A program made the translations under genes and the position numbers. A model generated the notes under the pieces. That model saw nothing but the letters and a program-made list of their open reading frames with translations, was not told where the DNA came from and ran no database searches. Below are positions 8,096 through 13,534 of a stretch of DNA of 42,549 nucleotides, in pieces (position 1 is the first letter of the stretch; each line of letters opens with the position of its first letter). The DNA is from a virus. The stretch lies in IMG/VR virus record IMGVR_UViG_3300045988_103922; one strand, written 5' to 3'.

Positions 8096-8530
8096 ATGAA
8101 AGCACTGCATAATTTGAAGGAAATGCTCTGCCGGGAGCTGGAAGAACTGGCGGAGAAGGAGAACCTGTCCATGGGCGATCTGGATCTGGCCCACAAGCTG
8201 ACGGACACGATCAAGAACATTGACAAGATCGTGATGCTGGAAGAGGACGGCGGGTACAGCCGCGCGGGCGGCTGGGAAGCCCGCGGGACCTATGGCCGCT
8301 ACAACGACGGAGGCAACAGCTACGTTGGCCGGGGCGAACACTACGTGCAGGGCCACTACAGCCGGGACGGCCAGGGCGGCAGCCAGGGCGGAGGCTACTC
8401 CGGGCGCGACGGATACAGCCGGGGCGGCGAGGACATGATGGAGGAGCTGGAACGGCTGAAGCAGCGGGCGACCCATCAGAGCGAGCGGGAAATGATCCAG
8501 CGCATGATGGACGAAATGCGCAGCCGCTGA
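8096..8530 (+). CDS. Coiled-coil protein with a central G/Y/S/R-rich low-complexity region
   Basis: RBS AAAGGAG. The central region reads GGYSRAGGWEARGTYGRYNDGGNSYVGRGEHYVQGHYSRDGQGGSQGGGYSGRDGYSRGG. Confidence 0.6.
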   Translation: MKALHNLKEMLCRELEELAEKENLSMGDLDLAHKLTDTIKNIDKIVMLEEDGGYSRAGGWEARGTYGRYNDGGNSYVGRGEHYVQGHYSRDGQGGSQGGGYSGRDGYSRGGEDMMEELERLKQRATHQSEREMIQRMMDEMRSR

Positions 8531-8541
8531 CCCCAAAATTC

Positions 8542-8560
8542 TGACCCCCGTTTTGACCCC
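8542..8560 (+). repeat. attP arm repeat, copy 1 (TGACCCCCGTTTTGACCCC)
   Basis: This 19-mer is identical to 8773..8791 and contains two TGACCCC heptamers. Confidence 0.85.
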
Positions 8561-8576
8561 CAAAGGGTGCAGAAAC

Positions 8577-8592
8577 GGGGGTCAAACGGGGG
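8577..8592 (-). repeat. attP arm repeat, inverted imperfect copy
   Basis: GGGGGTCAAACGGGGG matches the reverse complement of the 19-mer with one A missing. Confidence 0.7.
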
Positions 8593-8630
8593 AAAACGGG
8601 AGATATTGGGAAAGGGAAAATGGATAGAAA

Positions 8631-8665
8631 AAACCCGCAAACCGTTGTGGTTTGCGGGTTTCTTT
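8631..8665 (+). terminator. Rho-independent terminator after the cargo cluster
   Basis: A 13-bp stem AAACCCGCAAACC/GGTTTGCGGGTTT with a 5-nt loop is followed by CTTT. Confidence 0.7.
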
Positions 8666-8709
8666 GGTGAGCCCGGCGGGATTCGAACCCACGACCTTTT
8701 GATTCGTAG
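8665..8709 (-). other. tRNA-Arg(ACG) 3' fragment running from anticodon loop to CCA; putative attP core
   Basis: The reverse complement reads CTACGAA (anticodon loop, ACG), TCAAA, AGGTC, GTGGG-TTCGAAT-CCCGC (T arm), CGGGCTC-A-CCA. The 5' half of a tRNA is absent. It lies 59 nt from the end of the integrase gene. Confidence 0.7.
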
Positions 8710-8767
8710 GTAAATACTTGTGATTTATAAAATCGTTGAAAATAAAGGATTTTTTACCGTGAAAAAT

Positions 8768-9919
8768 TTAATTGACCCCCGTTTTGACCCCTTTACATAT
8801 TAGTTGGTCGATATAAGAGGCAGTCTGAGATTCTGCTTCAATGCGGCGAAGATCGGTAACGTGATCATAAATGCGGCGGATCATCTTATCGTCGCTGTGC
8901 CCCATCCACTGCATCAGAACTTCGATAGGCACATGAGCGTCGCAGCACATGGTGCAAAAGGAATGGCGGAAATCGTGGGTGCGAATGGTAATGCTGCGCC
9001 ATGGAAGGAGCTTACCTTCCGCCAGAAGCTGTTTATGCTCTTTGGTCTTGCCATACCAGCGTTTATGGCAGCCGTTGAGCTTGGTTTCCATGTCGGTAAT
9101 GTAGCTTTCCCAAGCACGATCAAAGGCGGAAAGGGTTGTTTGGCCGTTCTGGGCCTGAAAGGCAGAACCATGCTTGCCCTCCAAAACAGAACGAAGCGGA
9201 TTAAAAAGCGGAAGGGAGCGAACCCCGGCGGAAGTTTTGGGGGACTTGGTGCTGCCGCGAATCCCATCAGAAAAGGAAACAGCCTCCCGAACATAGATGC
9301 GACCGGAAGAGAAGTCTATATCACGGTCAATATTGAAGGCCAGAACTTCCCCTCGGCGGAGGCCCGCGTAAAGCATGAGCATGGCGGCGATGCCGAAACG
9401 ATGATCCACCATTTCATGAACGAGCTGACGTTCCCAAGGCTCCAAAGCCCGATGAGTACCGGTAGTCCCGGCGGGAGGCTTGACGGAGCGGGCGGGATCG
9501 GACGGAATGACACGATCATCTACTGCATCGGAAAAAAATGCGCGGATCAAACCCTTTGCCTTTGAAATGTAGGAATGACTGAGTTCGGAGAGACTGTTAT
9601 AATATTCGGCAATATCGGTCTTAGTGATGCTTTGCAACGGAATATCCTGGCCGACAAAGGAACAAAAACGTTCCAGTATGTTGACGTACTGATTATAGGC
9701 GGCGGGGTTGGACTGAGAGCGATAGGCCGGGAGCCAGCGGGAGACGTACTGCTGGACGGTGACGCCTGCGGCCTCGCGCCGGAGACCTGATTCCTCCTGC
9801 CGCTTATAGGCCTCGCGGGCGGCAAGGGCCTCGGACTGGGTGGAGCCGTAGAACTCAAGGCCCTTGTATTTGCAGCGGAAGCGTCCGTCCGGGCGCTGCT
9901 TGAGGGTTTGACGGGGCAC
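8768..9919 (-). CDS. int: Tyrosine recombinase (phage integrase)
   Basis: GTG start with RBS AAGGGGG. It has an N-terminal SAM-like region, the catalytic-region motifs LYAGLRRGE and HDFRHSFCT...WMGHSD...IYDHV, and it is adjacent to the tRNA-derived core. Confidence 0.92.
   Translation of the reverse strand: MPRQTLKQRPDGRFRCKYKGLEFYGSTQSEALAAREAYKRQEESGLRREAAGVTVQQYVSRWLPAYRSQSNPAAYNQYVNILERFCSFVGQDIPLQSITKTDIAEYYNSLSELSHSYISKAKGLIRAFFSDAVDDRVIPSDPARSVKPPAGTTGTHRALEPWERQLVHEMVDHRFGIAAMLMLYAGLRRGEVLAFNIDRDIDFSSGRIYVREAVSFSDGIRGSTKSPKTSAGVRSLPLFNPLRSVLEGKHGSAFQAQNGQTTLSAFDRAWESYITDMETKLNGCHKRWYGKTKEHKQLLAEGKLLPWRSITIRTHDFRHSFCTMCCDAHVPIEVLMQWMGHSDDKMIRRIYDHVTDLRRIEAESQTASYIDQLICKGVKTGVN
8773..8791 (+). 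repeat. attP arm repeat, copy 2, embedded in the last integrase codons
   Basis: It is identical to 8542..8560 and encodes the integrase C-terminus GVKTGV on the minus strand. Confidence 0.85.
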
Positions 9920-9925
9920 GGAAGA

Positions 9926-10456
9926 TTACCCCCTTTGGAAAGCATTGACCAGCAGGCTGCTATAGCGGATGAGACCCCGCCCGCCGTTGGTCACATCCCA
10001 CAAAAACCAGCTGAAAAACAGGGTGAGAAGGAAAAGCGCAGCAAGAGCGACGGCCCGCCAGACACGAAGTTCCTGATGCTGGGAGTGAAGGTGATCTTCC
10101 CGGACGGCGTTTTCGGATCTGTGGGCGTCTGACATTTCGGCAAGAGTCCGCTGGTGCAGGGCGTCTATTTCGCGGACGTACTCGGCACTGTAGCCAGAGT
10201 CGCTGGGAGACTCCGGGGAGCGGAGACCGGCCAGCTCGTCCAGCGAGATACCAAGAGCGGAGCAGACCAGAAAGACCCGGTCGAAGGAAGGCGTGGTCGA
10301 GCCGGAAAGAAAATTGTCGAGCGTACCCTTTGGGATCTGGGTATGATCGGCAAGATTCTGGACGGTCAGTCCGCAGAAGGAAAGACGGGCCTTGATGAGC
10401 GTCCGGAGAGCGTCCATATCAACGGGAATTGCCTGATTCGGAAACGAATGCTCCAT
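9926..10456 (-). CDS. XRE-family HTH regulator with a C-terminal transmembrane anchor
   Basis: The HTH is LTVQNLADHTQIPKGTLDNFLSG and the transmembrane segment is WRAVALAALFLLTLFFSWFLW. It is co-oriented with int, 7 nt upstream of it. Confidence 0.75.
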   Translation of the reverse strand: MEHSFPNQAIPVDMDALRTLIKARLSFCGLTVQNLADHTQIPKGTLDNFLSGSTTPSFDRVFLVCSALGISLDELAGLRSPESPSDSGYSAEYVREIDALHQRTLAEMSDAHRSENAVREDHLHSQHQELRVWRAVALAALFLLTLFFSWFLWDVTNGGRGLIRYSSLLVNAFQRG

Positions 10457-10620
10457 ATATAAGAATCCCTCTTTCGCATAAATTTTGTCGAACGAATGAA
10501 GCGCCCCGAATTTGCCGATTGAAGGAACGGGGCGAATGTGGTATGCCTGTAAATGACAGGTGATACGCTGAAAATATTGTATATCAAAAATGAAACAAAT
10601 GCAAGGAGGAGGCGGGAAAA

Positions 10621-10830
10621 ATGGACTGGCAGGAAGAAACTGTACAGATGCTGAAGGCCATTCGGAGCAGGAGGAACCTGAAAACCCTGTACAAGATGAC
10701 GAGGATGTTCTACAAAAAAGAAACGGAGAAGCAAGATGAAGTATCGAAAGGCCATCTGCAGGATGCTGGAGAAGATAGAGAACGAAAGGCTGCTGAAATA
10801 TGTGTACAGGATCGTAAAGGATATCTTTGA
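10621..10830 (+). CDS. Small ORF; its reading frame is uncertain beyond about codon 33
   Basis: Strong RBS AAGGAGGAGG. The N-terminal part MLKAIRSRRNLKTLYKMTRMFY looks natural, but the C-terminal part overlaps a better-looking +1 frame ORF. Confidence 0.35.
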   Translation: MDWQEETVQMLKAIRSRRNLKTLYKMTRMFYKKETEKQDEVSKGHLQDAGEDRERKAAEICVQDRKGYL

Positions 10831-10843
10831 AACGGGGAAATAA
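10736..10843 (+). CDS. 35-aa ORF carrying a paralogous motif in the +1 frame
   Basis: MKYRKAICRMLEKIENERLLKYVYRIVKDIFETGK ends just before the terminator. It is not in the ORF track. Confidence 0.3.
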   Translation: MKYRKAICRMLEKIENERLLKYVYRIVKDIFETGK

Positions 10844-10847
10844 AAAG

Positions 10848-10875
10848 AAGGGGCCGGGGAACCGGCTCCTTTTTT
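10848..10875. terminator. Bidirectional rho-independent terminator
   Basis: Stem GGGGCCGG/CCGGCTCC with a GGAA loop is flanked by an A-run on one side and T6 on the other. It lies between convergent genes. Confidence 0.65.
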
Positions 10876-11452
10876 AGAAACGTTTGCTTGCCTGACGGTA
10901 GCGGATGATGTAGAGAACGATCTGAACGATGAAACATGGAATGATGAGCAAGTGCGCATAGGTAAGATACGGTTTTTGAAAAAGGATAACAAGATCCCAG
11001 ACGTAAGCAATGGTGCAGAGGAAACCGGCAATGTCTTTCCACGTCATAACATAGATGAAGATATAAATAGCGATCACCCATGAAGGGACAGGAAGAATGA
11101 TTGTGGGAACAATATAAAGCGAAAAAGAAAAAAGCCACATGAGAACGAGCTTGACGCCGCCCATGAATCCAGCAAAGGAAACCCTTTTTTCTTTTTTGAA
11201 CGCATTTTCGACGTTTGATTTTTCCGGGGGAGCGCTGACGGCCTCGGGCTGCTTTTGGGCGTTTTCATATTTTTCCCGGCAGACCTGCAGAAGACCGTGG
11301 TATTCTTCTGATTTGGTTTTGTAGTATTCCAGCTCCGCCTTGCAGGACTGAAGTTCTTCTTTGGTTTTATAGTATTCCAGCTCTTCCTTGCAGGACTGAA
11401 GCTCCTGTTTGCATTGTTCAAGTTCAGAAGAAGGGTCGTTTGGGGAGCACAT
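10874..11452 (-). CDS. Prophage membrane protein: N-terminal Cys-containing coiled coil plus a C-terminal multi-pass membrane domain. Candidate superinfection-exclusion or abortive-infection factor.
   Basis: ATG with RBS AAAGGAG and 8-nt spacing. It has the tandem ELQSCKEELEYYKTKE / ELQSCKAELEYYKTKS followed by about 4 hydrophobic helices. It lies in a markedly AT-richer segment inside the immunity region. Confidence 0.65.
   Translation of the reverse strand: MCSPNDPSSELEQCKQELQSCKEELEYYKTKEELQSCKAELEYYKTKSEEYHGLLQVCREKYENAQKQPEAVSAPPEKSNVENAFKKEKRVSFAGFMGGVKLVLMWLFSFSLYIVPTIILPVPSWVIAIYIFIYVMTWKDIAGFLCTIAYVWDLVILFQKPYLTYAHLLIIPCFIVQIVLYIIRYRQASKRF
11312..11407. repeat. 48-bp tandem duplication (2 copies) inside CDS 10874..11452
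   Basis: TTTGGTTTTGTAGTATTCCAGCTCCGCCTTGCAGGACTGAAGTTCTTC is followed by a copy with 6 mismatches. Confidence 0.9.
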
Positions 11453-11539
11453 GGGGAACACTCCTTTATGATGAAAGTATCAGAACTGACACACATTGTA
11501 TACCGAAAAAGGAAAAAAAGCAAGAGAAAAGGCGAGCCG

Positions 11540-11896
11540 TCAGAGGCCCGCCTTTTTGAGGGTGTCGAGGATATCGCGGAGCTGCTGCCACTGATCGTCA
11601 CTGAGGGCGCAGAACGCGGCCATGGTCTGGCGGGCGAAGTCGTTTTCGCCGCGCATGACGCGGGAGACCAGTTCATCCCAGCCGGGGGCTTCGGGGTGCA
11701 TTTCCCCGGTGCCGAACTCCAGCCATTCCCGACAGATGTTGAATTCGCGGCAGATATTGCGTTTGAGCGCTTCGGTAGGCGTACGAGCGCCCTTTAACCA
11801 CATGTTGATGGTAGGCGGCTGTATTCCGATGCGGCGGGCGAATTCGGCCTGGGTGATATGGTTTTCATCCAGTATTTTTCGGATACGGTCTTTCAA
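11540..11896 (-). CDS. CI-like XRE-family repressor
   Basis: TTG start with a strong RBS AAAGGAGGT at 6-nt spacing. The HTH is ITQAEFARRIGIQPPTINMWLKG followed by WLEFGTGE. It is divergent from a consensus promoter. Confidence 0.8.
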   Translation of the reverse strand: MKDRIRKILDENHITQAEFARRIGIQPPTINMWLKGARTPTEALKRNICREFNICREWLEFGTGEMHPEAPGWDELVSRVMRGENDFARQTMAAFCALSDDQWQQLRDILDTLKKAGL

Positions 11897-11919
11897 GGGA
11901 TAACCTCCTTTCGAAAATG

Positions 11920-11948
11920 ATTATAGCACAAAAAATTATTTACGTAAA
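11920..11948 (-). promoter_or_regulatory. Leftward promoter for the CI-like gene, with an extended -10
   Basis: On the minus strand: TTTACG (-35), a 17-nt spacer, then TGCTATAAT (extended -10). The -35 overlaps operator palindrome 1. Confidence 0.55.
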
Positions 11949-11978
11949 TATTTCTGTTGACAAAATTATTTACGTAAA
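11939..11978. promoter_or_regulatory. Two operator-like perfect palindromes, TTTACGTAAA, inside 17-bp direct repeats
   Basis: AAAATTATTTACGTAAA occurs at 11932-11948 and 11962-11978. The palindromes are at 11939-11948 and 11969-11978, 30 bp centre to centre. Confidence 0.6.
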
Positions 11979-11985
11979 GTATAAT
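11957..11985 (+). promoter_or_regulatory. Rightward early promoter (PR-like) with a perfect sigma-70 consensus
   Basis: TTGACA at 11957-11962, a 17-nt spacer, TATAAT at 11980-11985. Operator palindrome 2 lies in the spacer. Confidence 0.7.
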
Positions 11986-12016
11986 GTTTGCGAAAGTAAG
12001 AAACGGAGGTGACAGC

Positions 12017-12226
12017 ATGACGGAGGCGCAGGAGCTGGCGATCCGATTTATGGAGACAAACTTCAGAAGCGCGGGACAAGGGAAAAGAGCGACAGGAGCG
12101 CCCTTTGCGGATCCGCCGAGAGCGGATAGCGGGAAATGTAGAACTCCAACGCCATGCGGCAGTTCAGGATTTCGCCGGAGGATAGTTGGTAACCGGGAAG
12201 GGCGAGACGAGACAGGAAAGCGTTGA
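12017..12226 (+). CDS. Doubtful 69-aa ORF downstream of the PR-like promoter, antisense to 12063..12314
   Basis: Good RBS GGAGGT at 7-nt spacing and a natural-looking first 15 codons (MTEAQELAIRFMETN). The remainder is R/G/P-rich and fully antisense to a better ORF. Confidence 0.25.
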   Translation: MTEAQELAIRFMETNFRSAGQGKRATGAPFADPPRADSGKCRTPTPCGSSGFRRRIVGNREGRDETGKR

Positions 12227-12314
12227 CGTCGGACACATCGGATGTGGGGAGCGCGTCATAGAACGCCTGAAAGGCATCCGCAAGGGAATCGAACTGCTGG
12301 GGAGTTAGGACCAT
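12063..12314 (-). CDS. 83-aa protein of unknown function, transcribed toward the CI-like gene
   Basis: Internal ATG with RBS AAAGGAGGT and its own extended -10 promoter. The amino-acid composition looks balanced (MVLTPQQFDSLADAFQAFYDALP...). Confidence 0.6.
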   Translation of the reverse strand: MVLTPQQFDSLADAFQAFYDALPTSDVSDVNAFLSRLALPGYQLSSGEILNCRMALEFYISRYPLSADPQRALLSLFSLVPRF

Positions 12315-12344
12315 GGAAAGACCTCCTTTGAAGATGATGAGGAC

Positions 12345-12373
12345 ATTATAGCACCGAGAAAAGGAAGTGAGAA
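12345..12373 (-). promoter_or_regulatory. Leftward extended -10 promoter facing the PR-like promoter
   Basis: On the minus strand: TTCTCA (-35), 17 nt, TGCTATAAT. The GTGCTATAAT string is the same as in the CI promoter. Confidence 0.55.
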
Positions 12374-12374
12374 T

Positions 12375-12512
12375 ATGACAGCCAAAGAGAAGGAAGCCAT
12401 TCTGGAGGAGATCGCGCGGCTGAAGGAGCCGGAGAAGCAGTTTATTCTGGGCTGGTGCGCCCACGCGGCGGCGACGGCGAAGGCGGAGGACGGGAAGAAG
12501 GCCAGCGCGTGA
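12375..12512 (+). CDS. Possible 45-aa protein
   Basis: It is not in the ORF track. Sequence MTAKEKEAILEEIARLKEPEKQFILGWCAHAAATAKAEDGKKASA with RBS AAGGAAG. Its stop lies in the loop of hairpin GCCAGCG/CGCTGGC. Confidence 0.35.
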   Translation: MTAKEKEAILEEIARLKEPEKQFILGWCAHAAATAKAEDGKKASA

Positions 12513-12542
12513 CGCTGGCCGAAGCCCGCTGCGGGCCGATAT

Positions 12543-12637
12543 GGGGCAGGGAGTTCATCAGGGAAAGAACGGCACTCACATGCGCGCGGCTGTGCTAAAG
12601 AGTGCAGGTGCGGGTTCGACGCCCGCCCGCCCCACCA
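12543..12637 (+). ncRNA. tRNA-like element 1 (95 nt, CCA-ending, non-canonical middle arm)
   Basis: Acceptor GGGGCAG/CCGCCCC (6 of 7 pairs). D-like arm GTTC-ATCAGGGAAA-GAAC. An irregular 34-nt arm spans 12572-12605. Canonical T arm GCGGG-TTCGACG-CCCGC, then A-CCA. I could not find an anticodon arm with a 7-nt loop. Confidence 0.4.
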
Positions 12638-12747
12638 GCGGCGCGTCTGGTCAACGCGCCGGTTGTCAGTCCCATTGAATTGGGAACCTCCAATGTGTGT
12701 GGCAAAGCGGAAAGACGCTTGGCGGCCCGGACAGACGGGCATTTTAT

Positions 12748-12809
12748 GGGGCTGATCCAGCGACCATGGCGCTGGATGATTGCTGGCTCGTACCCAGCCA
12801 GCCCCACCA
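12748..12809 (+). ncRNA. tRNA-like element 2 (62 nt, no D arm, CCA-ending)
   Basis: Perfect 7-bp acceptor GGGGCTG/CAGCCCC. An 8-bp hairpin ATCCAGCG/CGCTGGAT carries the 7-nt loop ACCATGG (CAT at the anticodon position). Then GATT, the arm GCTGG-CTCGTAC-CCAGC, and A-CCA. Confidence 0.35.
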
Positions 12810-13018
12810 ACCCCGGGCTGGACACACCCGGGTAACGTCTCAGGCATGGGACGTGTCATTACCTCCTAGGGGCATGACCCCGACCCTACCCCTTCACCAT
12901 CTTTCGGGGCGGGCGGCCCTCTGGCGCGCGGAGATCTGGTACGTCACCGGCGCTTTAAGAGGGCCTACACCAGAGAAAAAGCCCAAAGCGGGCCAAAAAT
13001 AGAAGCGAGGCGGACGGA

Positions 13019-13240
13019 ATGTTCAACAAAGAGCGGTTCAAGGCGGCGGTATTCCTGAAGGGCGAGACCATGGAGGACGCGGCGGAGGTGCTGGGAATGG
13101 CGTATTCGACGCTCTACCGCCGGATCAGGCTGAACGACTTTAAGTCAAGAGAGATCGAAACCTTTTGCGAGCACTACGGCGTGACGCGGGATGAGATCTT
13201 TTTTGATGGGAAGGAGCTGCCGAAATGGAGCGGCTGCTGA
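13019..13240 (+). CDS. Cro-like or other early HTH regulator
   Basis: The HTH is MEDAAEVLGMAYSTLYRRIRLND. It is the first well-formed gene of the rightward early operon. Confidence 0.7.
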   Translation: MFNKERFKAAVFLKGETMEDAAEVLGMAYSTLYRRIRLNDFKSREIETFCEHYGVTRDEIFFDGKELPKWSGC

Positions 13241-13533
13241 CGGCGGCGGAGGCTGCGGAGCTGCTGGGGCTGACGGAGCGGGCCGTGCAGGACCTGATGA
13301 AGAGCGGGGAGATCGAATGCCTGAGCGTGAGCAAGCGCCCGGGCGGCCCCCGGCCCAAGCTGCGCACCACGGAGAGCCGGTTGGAGCGCTGGGTGCAGCG
13401 GCGGGCGGAGGAACAGAAGCTGCGGCAATTCCCCCAGGACAAGCCCGTGCGGAGGAAGCGCCGGGCGGACGAGGTGCCGCCGGGCATGGAACGGACGGCG
13501 GACGGGCAGCTGCGAATTGCGAGGAGGCACTGA
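13225..13533 (+). CDS. Excisionase-family (MerR-like HTH_17) DNA-binding protein
   Basis: LLTAAEAAELLGLTERAVQDLMKSGEI with RBS GGAAGGAG and a basic C-terminal tail. Confidence 0.65.
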   Translation: MERLLTAAEAAELLGLTERAVQDLMKSGEIECLSVSKRPGGPRPKLRTTESRLERWVQRRAEEQKLRQFPQDKPVRRKRRADEVPPGMERTADGQLRIARRH

Positions 13534-13534
13534 C

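Noticed and set aside
10457-10620. Divergent promoters between the membrane-anchored regulator gene and ORF 10621
   Set aside because: Several weak -35/-10-like hexamers are present, but none has acceptable spacing, so I made no confident call.
12543-12637. tRNA-like element 1 considered as a tmRNA or a standard or type II tRNA
   Set aside because: The third acceptor pair is G-C, not the G-U needed for Ala charging of tmRNA. There is no tag reading frame or pseudoknot region, and the element is only 95 nt. I tried all registers and found no 5-bp stem with a 7-nt loop carrying U33. I therefore report it only as tRNA-like.
12305-12859. A 184-aa minus-strand ORF covers both tRNA-like elements and is preceded by a perfect AGGAGGT
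   Set aside because: The Shine-Dalgarno sequence is only 2 nt from the ATG, which is too close. The product is P/G/A/S/R-rich and low in information. It overlaps the 45-aa plus-strand ORF, the leftward promoter and the start of the 83-aa gene. On the plus strand the same bases read ACCTCCT inside a hairpin. I treat it as a spurious GC-driven ORF.
12697-13002. A 101-aa plus-strand ORF in the non-coding island
   Set aside because: It has no RBS and a P/R/G/A/T-biased composition, and it crosses several strong hairpins. It is most likely non-coding.
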